A stretch of 29,733 nt of DNA. Source: Promethearchaeota archaeon. GTDB taxonomy: Archaea; Asgardarchaeota; Lokiarchaeia; Sigyniarchaeales; SOKP01. The translations under genes were made by a program, and so were the position numbers. Numbering within the stretch: the first letter of the stretch is position 1; the number at the start of each line of letters is the position of its first letter. The notes beneath the pieces were generated by a model, which made no database searches, was not told where the DNA came from, and was given only the letters and a program-made list of their open reading frames with translations. Of this stretch, positions 9,853 to 18,688 are shown piece by piece. The stretch covers positions 1 through 29,733 of the forward strand of contig JBHLNS010000040.1 in assembly GCA_048941285.1 (NCBI GenBank), written 5' to 3'.

Positions 9853-10878
9853 CTAAAATCTTATTCTAGGATCTATGATTCCATAAATGATGTCTAAAAT
9901 CAAAGTAGTGAAAATGTAAATAAAGGCTAATACAACCATGCATGATATTAATAGCCAATAATCTCTGTAGAGTGCAGCTTCGACTATTAATAAACCCATT
10001 CCAGGCAAACCAAATGTAGATTCTAATAGAACGGCTCCAGATAATACGGTGGCAACATTTAAACCAATGACAGTAATAGTAGGGATTAAAGAATTTTTTA
10101 ATGCATGGTCTTTAATAACACGTTTTCTCATACAGCCTTTAGCTTTCGCAGTTCTTACATAATCTTGTTGTAGGACTTCTAGCATACTAGATCGACTCTG
10201 TCTTACTATTCCCGCTAAAGTGACGAACGATAAACATAATATAGGTAAGATTAGATGGTATAGATAATCTGCAATTTTATAAAGTTCCCCTGCGATTAAT
10301 GCATCAATCATATAGAACCCAGTTACAAAAGGAGGATCGGGATATGCTACATTTTTATATGAAGCTATTGGAAAAATTGGAAATCTATATGCTATCCAAT
10401 ATTGTAATAACATTCCTAAAACAAAAACAGGAAAAGCAGCTCCAATAATACCAATACTTCGAAATATTGTGTCTCTCAACTTGTTTCTATGAGTTGCTGA
10501 TATAATTCCAATTTTTACACCAACAAAAGAGGCTATAACCATTGCAAAGAAAGCAAGATCTATTGTTTTAGGTAATCTAAATATAATTAAATCCCAGACA
10601 GCTGATCCTCGAGCGTATACAATAGATTCACCCCAATTTCCTGTAAAAATATCCACTAAATATTTAAAATATTGTAAATGTAGAGGCAGATTAAGTCCTA
10701 ATTGATTAACAATTTGATGATACATCCCATAGTCCTGTCTTACTTGTGCCTGCAATAACAATTGCATTACTGGATCTCCTGGCATTGCCCTTGAAAGAAA
10801 AAAGGTTATTGTCAATACACCAAATACAACTGGGATGCTAATCAGAATTCTTTTGAAAACGTATCCTAGAAAACTCAT
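9853..10878 (-). CDS. peptide/nickel ABC transporter permease (DppB/OppB type)
   Basis: MPGDP, LGLNLPLHLQY, GNWGES; EAA loop RSSMLEVLQQDYVRTAKAKG; GAVLLESTF. Confidence 0.92.
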   Translation of the reverse strand: MSFLGYVFKRILISIPVVFGVLTITFFLSRAMPGDPVMQLLLQAQVRQDYGMYHQIVNQLGLNLPLHLQYFKYLVDIFTGNWGESIVYARGSAVWDLIIFRLPKTIDLAFFAMVIASFVGVKIGIISATHRNKLRDTIFRSIGIIGAAFPVFVLGMLLQYWIAYRFPIFPIASYKNVAYPDPPFVTGFYMIDALIAGELYKIADYLYHLILPILCLSFVTLAGIVRQSRSSMLEVLQQDYVRTAKAKGCMRKRVIKDHALKNSLIPTITVIGLNVATVLSGAVLLESTFGLPGMGLLIVEAALYRDYWLLISCMVVLAFIYIFTTLILDIIYGIIDPRIRF

Positions 10879-10988
10879 TATTTGTATAAATAATTCTATT
10901 TTAATATTTTTTTATAATAATTATTGAAATAATATAGCTAAAGAGAATTAAAACATTATAACAAAACTTTAATTTAGGAAGAATAGGA

Positions 10989-12014
10989 TTAATACCTAAT
11001 TCGTGGATCTATAAATCCATATAATATATCTATTACTAAAATAGTAATTATATAAATCAAAGCTACGACAACCATACATGCATTTAAGAGCCAATAGTCT
11101 CGATACAATGTTGCATCAATTAATAATAAACCTATTCCACGTAGATTAAATGTTGATTCTAAAAGAACCGCTCCCGCTAGTGTAGTAGCAAAATTCAAAC
11201 CTATTACAGTAACAGTTGGAATCATTGAATTTCTTAATGCATGCCTTCGAATCACGTCTTTTTCAATACAACCTTTTGCTCGTGCAGTCCTTATGTAATC
11301 TTCTTGTAAAACAACTAACATGCTAGAACGAGTTTGTCTTATAATTCCCGCGAGTGTAACAAACGATAAACAAAATACAGGCATTGCTAAATGATATAAA
11401 TAATCTGGGATTAAATAGAGGTTTCCTGAAATCAAAGCATCAATCATATAAAAACCAGTTATAAAAGGGGGGTCAGCATAATCTGCATTTTTATAAGATG
11501 TTGATGGAAGTAGATTCAATTGAAATCCTAGCCAAAATTGCAAAAGCATTCCTAACACAAATACAGGAAAGGCAACTCCTACTATGCCGAGGCTTCTAAA
11601 AACAGTATCTCTAAATTTATTCCTATGAGTTGCTGATATAATTCCAATTTTAACTCCTAGATATGAAGCAATTAGCATTGAAAAAAATGTAAGGTCTAAT
11701 GTTTTAGGTAATCTAAAAATAATTAATTCCCAAACATCTGACGTTGGAGCATAACCAATAGATTGACCCCAATTTCCGGTAAAAATATCACCTATGTATC
11801 TAAAAAATTGAAGATACAGAGGAAGATTAAGTCCTAGTTCACGTGCAAATGAATTATAAATTTCTGGTGTATATCTTATCTGAGCTTGATTTAGTAGCAT
11901 CATCACTGGATCTCCAGGCATAGCTCTTGAGAGTAAAAAAGTTATTGTTAGAACTCCAAAAACTATAGGAATTGTAACTAGTACCCTTTTGATAATATAA
12001 CTCAATAAGCTCAT
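10989..12014 (-). CDS. peptide/nickel ABC transporter permease (DppB/OppB type), tandem paralog
   Basis: Same motifs and identical length (341 aa) to the neighbouring permease; EAA loop QEDYIRTARAKG. Confidence 0.92.
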   Translation of the reverse strand: MSLLSYIIKRVLVTIPIVFGVLTITFLLSRAMPGDPVMMLLNQAQIRYTPEIYNSFARELGLNLPLYLQFFRYIGDIFTGNWGQSIGYAPTSDVWELIIFRLPKTLDLTFFSMLIASYLGVKIGIISATHRNKFRDTVFRSLGIVGVAFPVFVLGMLLQFWLGFQLNLLPSTSYKNADYADPPFITGFYMIDALISGNLYLIPDYLYHLAMPVFCLSFVTLAGIIRQTRSSMLVVLQEDYIRTARAKGCIEKDVIRRHALRNSMIPTVTVIGLNFATTLAGAVLLESTFNLRGIGLLLIDATLYRDYWLLNACMVVVALIYIITILVIDILYGFIDPRIRY

Positions 12015-12164
12015 TGTTTTTATAAATCTTTACCGATTTAATAATTTTTTTAGTAACCTCTATAAGTTTATGGGGATTATTATCTGTACTTTTTTAATCT
12101 TTTGTTCTTATAAAAATAAAATCAAAATAACTGGATTGAATTTCTTTAAAATTAATGAGATATT

Positions 12165-13553
12165 TTAGATTTCAGAAATCATCTTTTCCATTTTCGAAAT
12201 CATTTCTTGTGCCTTATCTTTGTCTTCTGATTCAGCAGAAAGAAGTATTGCATTTCTATAAAGTGCAACTTTAATAATGATATAAGCATCATCTCCAATA
12301 ATCTTCAGTTCATTTATGATATCATGGTATTTATATCCATTTTCTTCTGCTAATTCTCTTAATCTATTGTGTATATTTTTTATTAAATCTGAGGAAACGG
12401 AAATAGTTTTATTAATTTTTATTCCTTTAGGAAATCCTCTAGTTAACGAGCTAAGGAGGTCGTCTTGAGTCGTCATAATTTCAAGAACTTTAAGTAGAAT
12501 GAAATTCCCATCGGAAAATGGGGCATATTCACTGAAGTAAAACTTCAATGTATCTGCAGCTGCAAAGCATGCTCTTTCTTCCCTTATTTGTCTTGAAATC
12601 TCCCCAGGATAATTTTCTACTTGTTTTAAAGGAAAATTACTATCTTCAATAAACTTTTTTACAATTGGAGATATTGAAGGGCTGGTAATGATGGTACTTC
12701 CTTTAGATTTTTGAATTCTTTTATCAAAAGTAATAAATAGCATCAATAAATCTTCATAGCTAATTTCCAAACCATTTTCATCTATTATTAATATCCTTGA
12801 ACCATCCACATCAAAACAGACACCAAGGTGACTATTTGATGCTTTTACAATATCAGCTGTATTTCTAATAGTATTAATACTAGGTAAAGGACTTGAAGAT
12901 CTTTCACGATAATGGGTATTTAATGCAATTACTTCAACACCAATATCATTGATTAAAAGGGGAGTTATTTTTCCAGTTGGGCCATAAGAGCAATCTACCA
13001 CAATCTTTAATTTAGCGGCTTTAATTTTCTTTTTGTCAACAAATTGTTGGAGTGATTTAATATAAATATCAGCAGTCTGAGGTATTGCTGTTATTTGGCC
13101 TATTGCGTTAGGATCAACTCTTCTTACTTGTTGAGGGTAATCGTTATAAGACTCAATAATTCTTTGAAGTTCAGATTGCGCTAATTCAATTCCTCCTGCA
13201 TCTAAGAAACGAATTCCCACATCTTCACTATATAAATGACCTCCTGAGAAATAAAAACCTCCACTTGCCCCAAATCGCCTTATTGTAAACTGTAACAAAG
13301 GAAAAGTACAATCTGAGAGATTTAAAAGATTAATTCCAGTAGACATCATACCTGAGGTATATGCTCTTTTCAACATCCGACTATCATTATGGTAGTCTCT
13401 CCCCATTACTATTGATTCTCCTGGTTTAAATAGGCTACCATGAATTGATCCTATTGAGCTTGATATTTCTGGTGTAAATACATAATTTGCTTTGCCAATA
13501 ATCCGACCGTTTTTTTTTAACTCATTAAGATTTTTGATTGGGTTATGAATCAT
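12165..13553 (-). CDS. alpha-D-phosphohexomutase (PGM/PMM) superfamily protein with degenerate active site
   Basis: GRD...SRMLKRA, IVVDCSYG, FDVDGSR and DG..ILLKVLE follow the PGM/PMM layout. The phospho-Ser motif (TASHNP) reads FSGGHLY. Confidence 0.85.
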   Translation of the reverse strand: MIHNPIKNLNELKKNGRIIGKANYVFTPEISSSIGSIHGSLFKPGESIVMGRDYHNDSRMLKRAYTSGMMSTGINLLNLSDCTFPLLQFTIRRFGASGGFYFSGGHLYSEDVGIRFLDAGGIELAQSELQRIIESYNDYPQQVRRVDPNAIGQITAIPQTADIYIKSLQQFVDKKKIKAAKLKIVVDCSYGPTGKITPLLINDIGVEVIALNTHYRERSSSPLPSINTIRNTADIVKASNSHLGVCFDVDGSRILIIDENGLEISYEDLLMLFITFDKRIQKSKGSTIITSPSISPIVKKFIEDSNFPLKQVENYPGEISRQIREERACFAAADTLKFYFSEYAPFSDGNFILLKVLEIMTTQDDLLSSLTRGFPKGIKINKTISVSSDLIKNIHNRLRELAEENGYKYHDIINELKIIGDDAYIIIKVALYRNAILLSAESEDKDKAQEMISKMEKMISEI

Positions 13554-13743
13554 ATAATCCTACTTTTTTAAAATTTCGATGAATTTTCAATTGGAAATTA
13601 TATATGATAAAAAGCTAAATAAAAATATATAACTTTAACGATTTTTAACTATTTAAGATTCTCTTTAATATTAAAAATATGAAAAATTATATAACATTAG
13701 CAAATTTCGATTAATTATACTTTCATAGAGATATTATAGAATT

Positions 13744-15489
13744 ATGACAGATATTTTAGGATCATTTAATTTAGTGCTTCATTCTCACCTTCCTTGGGTC
13801 CTTGGTCACGGAAAATAATGCGAACTTATCGCTCTATACGGAATATGGCCCCATGGGATGGACTGGGTTAACGAAGCGGCTGCTGAAACTTATATTCCAC
13901 TTCTTATTGAATTATATAAATTAGTTGATGATGGCTATCACCCAAAACTTACAATCGGTCTAACACCAGTTTTATGTGAAATGCTCCGTAACCCTAAATT
14001 CACTGAAGGATTCTTGGGGTATCTAGAGGAAAAATATAATGCAGCTTCATACGATTTTGAAGACTTTACTAAGAATAAATATGAAGACGGAAGAATTAAA
14101 TTAACAAAATGGTGGCAGGAATTCTATAACCGAGTACGGGATAATTTCATAAATAGATACAATAAGGACATTGTTGGTGCTTTTAAAAACTTACAAGATA
14201 TGGGACTAGTAGATATTATCACTTGTGGGGCATCTCATGGATATGCTCCATTACTTTCTAAAGACTCATCAATTGATGCTCAATTTAAAACAGCAGTTGA
14301 TAATTATAAGACACATTTTGGGAGAGCTCCTTCAGGAGTTTGGTTACCTGAGTGCGCTTATCGTCCAGGATACCGTTGGAAAAATCCTATAAGTGGAGAA
14401 GAATATAATCGACCTGGTGTAGAATATTTTCTTGCTAAAAATGGTTTAAAATATTTCTTTATTGATACTGCATTACTATTAGGAGGAAAATCGCAAGGAG
14501 TCTATGCTGCTCGGTTTCCTTTACTTGCTGAGCTGTGGAAGCAATTTGAATCCCAATATGAAGAAATTCCAACTTCTTTTGAAAAATCTCAATATGAACC
14601 ATATTTAGTGTCCACTGATCCAAGTACTCCTGGGCCTGTAGGCTTCTTTACTAGAGATGAAAAAACAGGGATTGTTGTTTGGAGCGGAGAACATGGATAC
14701 CCAGGCTGTGCAGAATACCTTGATTTCCACAAAAAACATTATCCTGGAGGGCTTCGATATTGGAAAGTTACAGAAGCTAAATTAGATTTAGGGAAAAAGA
14801 TGCTTTATTGGCCAGAAGATATACCTGGTAAACTTGATGAAAACGCAGGTCATTATCTAAATCTTATTAAAGATATTTTAAGGGACTATAACCATAAAAA
14901 CGGAACAAAGGGAATTGTAGTGGCTCCTTACGATGCAGAATTATTTGGACACTGGTGGTTTGAGGGCAATTGGTGGTTAGCTAGAGTTCTTCGGTGGGTA
15001 GAGGATGATCCGGAAGTAGAATTGACGAATTCTCGAATATATTTAGAAGCTAATCCGCCTAATAAAGTTGTTTCTGTGATTGAGGGCTCATGGGGGCAAG
15101 CTAGCTCTCATTGGGTCTGGTTAAATGAGTGGACTACTTGGACATGGGAAAGGATATATGAATGTGAAGCGAAGAGTGAAGATATCATATCAAAACACAA
15201 AGATTCAAATGATACTAATTTACTCAAAATTTTAAAACAGATGGCGAGAGAACTGTTATTATTAGAGAGTAGTGATTGGCAGTTTTTAATAACAACTTGG
15301 TCCGCTAGAGATTATGCAGAAAATAGAATTGCCTTACACTATGACAATTTTAATAGATTATATAATATGGCTATTAAATATGCGAACGGGCAAAATGTTG
15401 AAGAAGGTGAATGGCACTTTTTAGGAACAATTGAAGCTGTAGACGATATATTTGAAGCTTTAGACCTTGAGCCTTTTGCTAAAAAGTAA
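13744..15489 (+). CDS. GH57 1,4-alpha-glucan branching enzyme (DUF1957 type), interrupted by a 30-nt stop-containing insert
   Basis: ATG 13744 gives MTDILGSFNLVLHSHLPWVLGHGK* (GH57 region I HxHxP). The same frame resumes WPHGMDWVNEAAAETYIPLL, then WLPECAY (nucleophile), PYDAELFGHWWFEG (acid/base) and ESSDWQF. The ORF track starts only at 13858. Confidence 0.9.
13816..13845 (+). other. 30-nt in-frame coding gap/insert in the GH57 gene
   Basis: TAATGCGAACTTATCGCTCTATACGGAATA. Removing it restores HGK-WPHG. Matched ACGGAA(A/T)AT repeats lie exactly 30 nt apart (13808, 13838), with an internal hairpin GCGA-ACTTA-TCGC (13820-13832). Confidence 0.8.
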
Positions 15490-15637
15490 TCATTAATTTA
15501 GATAAAAGAACTTGTATTCTTTTTTAATTTTCTTTCTAAACTTACTTAAAATATAAGAAATTAAGTTTTGAATACCAACTTTTTATATAATACTTACAAT
15601 AAATAAATATTAAATTAATTATTGAAAGTGTTTCTGG

Positions 15638-16786
15638 ATGAGATCAATTACTAATGAAAAATATGAAGTTCTGCTTAACTTTCTCGAGGAAAAAAAGATT
15701 GATATTTTAATGATCTGTGATTTTGAAAATGCGAGAAATGTCAATTTACAATATATTACAGGGCATCCAACAGATGCTATTCTTTTAATTACAAAAAATG
15801 GGGAATCTGTCTTAATTCCTGGAGATTATCAATTGGCGAAAGAATACGCTGAAGTTGATGAAATTATTGATCTAGGCAATTACAAATATAACTTCTATTT
15901 GGCAATAAAAGAGTTAGTGGAGAACCGATGGAAAAAATCTTCAATAATTTTTGGAGCTCATGAAGCAACTCCCTATGGTACAATTATTAAAATGAAACAA
16001 AATATATCACAGCTTCAATTTTTCAAGGATCCTATTCAAATTACAGAAATTCTGCATACATTAAGAGCAACAAAGAGTGAATATGAATTAAATCAATTAA
16101 AACAGGCAGCACAAGTGGGAAACAATACAATTAAAGATATCAGAAATTTTTCGGAAACTCTCATTGATGGAACTGAGAAAGATTTATCATTTTTAGTCCA
16201 GAAGAGAATGCTAGAATATGGAGCAGATGATATTGCTTTTGAATCATTAGTGGCAAATGCAACTCGTTCTCATGAACTACATTGTTATCCCAATGCTACT
16301 AATCAGATATTTTCTTTACAAGGATTGGCTTTAATTGATTTTGGAGCAAAAGTTCATGGATATTGCTCAGATATAACTGTTCCAATTAGTTTTGGAGCAT
16401 TATCTGACGAACAACGAAAAATGCGGGATTTGGTTATAACATCTTATGAAGCTGCAATAGATATAATAGATATTGGAGTACCGCTATGGAAAATTCATGA
16501 AAAAGCTGATCAAGTGCTAAAAAAAGAGGGGTACAGTTTACCATATGCTTTGGGGCATGGTCTTGGGTTAACTGTGCATGATTCCCCAATAATTGGTCGT
16601 AAGCCTTCTGATGAATATTCTTTAAAAAATTGGAAGGAGGAAGTAGTACAAGATGGTATGGTTTTCACAATTGAACCTGGAGTTTATAAGCAAGGATTGG
16701 GAGGCGTCAGATTAGAAAATGATGTTCTAATTAAGAATGGAAAGATTGAAATAATAACAAAATCAGAATACATGAATATAGATTAG
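15638..16786 (+). CDS. Xaa-Pro aminopeptidase/prolidase (M24B)
   Basis: LIDFGA, GYCSDIT, LGHGLGLTVHD, FTIEPG and GVRLENDV metal-ligand motifs; creatinase-like N-terminal domain. Confidence 0.92.
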   Translation: MRSITNEKYEVLLNFLEEKKIDILMICDFENARNVNLQYITGHPTDAILLITKNGESVLIPGDYQLAKEYAEVDEIIDLGNYKYNFYLAIKELVENRWKKSSIIFGAHEATPYGTIIKMKQNISQLQFFKDPIQITEILHTLRATKSEYELNQLKQAAQVGNNTIKDIRNFSETLIDGTEKDLSFLVQKRMLEYGADDIAFESLVANATRSHELHCYPNATNQIFSLQGLALIDFGAKVHGYCSDITVPISFGALSDEQRKMRDLVITSYEAAIDIIDIGVPLWKIHEKADQVLKKEGYSLPYALGHGLGLTVHDSPIIGRKPSDEYSLKNWKEEVVQDGMVFTIEPGVYKQGLGGVRLENDVLIKNGKIEIITKSEYMNID

Positions 16787-17018
16787 ATAATTAGTAATTT
16801 TTAGAATATTTGCTACATATTCTCTAAATTGAGTTTTCTCTTTCAAGTTTTTTATATATTCTATTATTATTTTATATTAAATGATACTGCTCTGCTAAGC
16901 CGAAAAGATTTTTAGATTTTCAGGTAATTTAAACAACTATAAGGAAATTGCATTAAGTTTTTATTTAACCCTAACTATTTGATTTCTAAAGATTATCTAC
17001 TGATTATTTATTTTAATT

Positions 17019-17069
17019 ATGGTAGCTGTAAGAACTCTATCTTGGCAGTGGCCTTGGCAGTGGCAATAA
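17019..17069 (+). CDS. putative tryptophan-rich leader peptide (TrpL-like uORF), MVAVRTLSWQWPWQWQ
   Basis: ATG GTA GCT GTA AGA ACT CTA TCT TGG CAG TGG CCT TGG CAG TGG CAA TAA. Four TGG codons within seven codons, 148 nt upstream of trpB2, forming a GC-richer island in an AT-rich spacer. Confidence 0.8.
   Translation: MVAVRTLSWQWPWQWQ
17041..17064 (+). repeat. perfect 12-nt tandem repeat CTTGGCAGTGGC x2
   Basis: 17041-17052 and 17053-17064 are identical and generate the WQW-P-WQW pattern. Confidence 0.95.
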
Positions 17070-17106
17070 AGCCAATTGCATTTGATTTTAGTTTTATTTA
17101 TTTTTT
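17057..17106 (+). terminator. candidate attenuator: hairpin followed by U-rich tract
   Basis: GCAG-TGGC / AATAAA loop / GCCA-(A)-TTGC (17057-17079; 8 bp with one G-U pair and one bulge), followed by TTTGATTTTAGTTTTATTTATTTTTT. Confidence 0.55.
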
Positions 17107-17187
17107 GCTTTAATATTTTTACTTTAAATATTAAATCCTCTTTCTAAATGAGCATTAATTAAATTGAATTCCAATTTTTTAATGATA

Positions 17188-17203
17188 CACATTTTAAAAT
17201 GTG
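17188..17203. promoter_or_regulatory. perfect 16-bp palindrome CACATTTTAAAATGTG upstream of trpB2
   Basis: Self-complementary; overlaps an SD-like ATGTGA and ends 14 nt before ATG 17218. Confidence 0.4.
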
Positions 17204-17217
17204 AAAAGTAAATACAG

Positions 17218-18633
17218 ATGGTAAATAATATGACAGATTATTATAATGGAAGAATTTTATTACAACCAAATGAAATTCCAAAAACTTGGGTAAATATATT
17301 ACCAGATTTACCTTCTCCTATGACACCCTTACTCAATCCAATGGATAGGAAACCAATTCCCCCAGAAATGGCATTTGCTATTTTTCCTAAAGAATGTGTA
17401 TTACAAGAACTCGCCTCAGAACCGACGATTCCTATTCCGAAGGAACTAAGGGAAATTTTTGCTAGAACTTATCGACCAAGCCCACTCCATCGTGCATTGA
17501 GATTAGAAAAACAATTAGGTATAGAAGGAGATAAGATTAAAATTTTTTATAAAAATGAATCAGTTTCTCCTACAGGTTCACATAAACCTAATACCGCTAT
17601 AGTTCAAGCCTACTATGCTATGAAAGAAGGATTAGAAGGATTGGTCACCGAAACAGGAGCCGGACAATGGGGCTCTGCTTTAGCATTTGGCTGTAAACTA
17701 TTTGACATTAATTGTACTGTTTATATGGTGAGAGCAAGCTTTTTTCAAAAACCAGGAAGAAAAATTTTGATGAAAGCTTTTAATGCCGATGTATATGCGA
17801 GTCCTTCAAGTTTTACCGACTCTGGAAAGAAATTTTTGGAAATAGATCAAAATCACCCGGGAAGTTTAGGAATTGCGATATCTGAGGCATTGGAACATAG
17901 TATGAGGTATGAAAAAATAAAATATTCTCTCGGAAGTGTAGTGAATTTTGTATTATTACATCAAACTATTATCGGACAAGAGGTAAAAACTCAACTAGCA
18001 AAAGTGGGGATTGAAAAACCTGATATATTAATTGGATGCATGGGAGGTGGATCCAACTTTGCTGGTATGATGATCCCATTTGTTAAAGATCAACTGATTG
18101 CACAAACTTCAGATATAGAATTTATCGGTGTAGAACCTCGAGCTTGCCCAAGTGTATCGAAAGGAGAGTATAGATGGGACTACGGAGACTCTGCGATGAA
18201 AGGGCCTATAGTAAAGATGTATACTTTAGGACATACTTTTATCCCTAGTTCAATTCACGCAGGAGGATTAAGATACCATGGAATTGCTCCCATTATTTCA
18301 ATTCTACATAATAAACGAATTATCGATACTACAATGCATCATCAAACTGAAGTAATTAGTGCTGGTCTTCAATTTGCAAAAGCTGAAGGAATACTTCCGG
18401 CTCCAGAAAGTGCCCATGCTATCAAGGAAGCGATTGATCAAGCATTGAAAGCCAAAGAAAATAACGTAAAGAAGGTAATTTTATTCAATCTTAGTGGTCA
18501 TGGCTTTTTTGATTTCTTAGCTTACGAAGAATTCATGAACGGAAATTTGAAAGAATATGAATTACCTATCGATGATATTCGAAAAAACTTAGATTCAGAA
18601 GAAATGCCTGTAATTGACGAATCTCAATTTTAA
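17218..18633 (+). CDS. trpB2: tryptophan synthase beta chain type 2 (TrpB2, stand-alone)
   Basis: Long N-terminus with IPKTWVNILPDLP; PLP lysine in GSHKPN; ETGAGQWGSAL, GGGSNF, HAGGLRYHG, PAPESAHA and NLSGHG motifs. No trpA nearby. Confidence 0.95.
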   Translation: MVNNMTDYYNGRILLQPNEIPKTWVNILPDLPSPMTPLLNPMDRKPIPPEMAFAIFPKECVLQELASEPTIPIPKELREIFARTYRPSPLHRALRLEKQLGIEGDKIKIFYKNESVSPTGSHKPNTAIVQAYYAMKEGLEGLVTETGAGQWGSALAFGCKLFDINCTVYMVRASFFQKPGRKILMKAFNADVYASPSSFTDSGKKFLEIDQNHPGSLGIAISEALEHSMRYEKIKYSLGSVVNFVLLHQTIIGQEVKTQLAKVGIEKPDILIGCMGGGSNFAGMMIPFVKDQLIAQTSDIEFIGVEPRACPSVSKGEYRWDYGDSAMKGPIVKMYTLGHTFIPSSIHAGGLRYHGIAPIISILHNKRIIDTTMHHQTEVISAGLQFAKAEGILPAPESAHAIKEAIDQALKAKENNVKKVILFNLSGHGFFDFLAYEEFMNGNLKEYELPIDDIRKNLDSEEMPVIDESQF

Positions 18634-18637
18634 TTCA

Positions 18638-18648
18638 TTTTTTTTTTT
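18638..18648 (+). terminator. oligo-T archaeal-type terminator after trpB2
   Basis: Run of 11 T immediately after the stop codon. Confidence 0.5.
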
Positions 18649-18688
18649 AATCAAAATTTTTTAAGAATTAGATTTGACTTTAATTCAT

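Noticed and set aside
13804-13850. Canonical bulge-helix-bulge intron in the GH57 gene
   Set aside because: For a 30-nt excision the central 4-bp helix would have to form between the two direct repeats (CGGA/CGGA), which do not pair. Only a relaxed, non-canonical substrate remains possible.
13818-13871. 17-codon ORF (MRTYRSIRNMAPWDGLG) starting at the TAATG stop/start overlap
   Set aside because: It is out of frame with GH57 and has no supporting similarity. It could matter for re-initiation but is unsupported as a gene.
16881-16898. Mini-ORF MILLC* downstream of a TATA-like TTTATATA (16851-16858)
   Set aside because: Five codons with no informative composition; expected by chance.
17041-17064. 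CRISPR or mobile-element repeat
   Set aside because: Only two adjacent 12-nt units with no spacers and no cas or transposase genes in the window.
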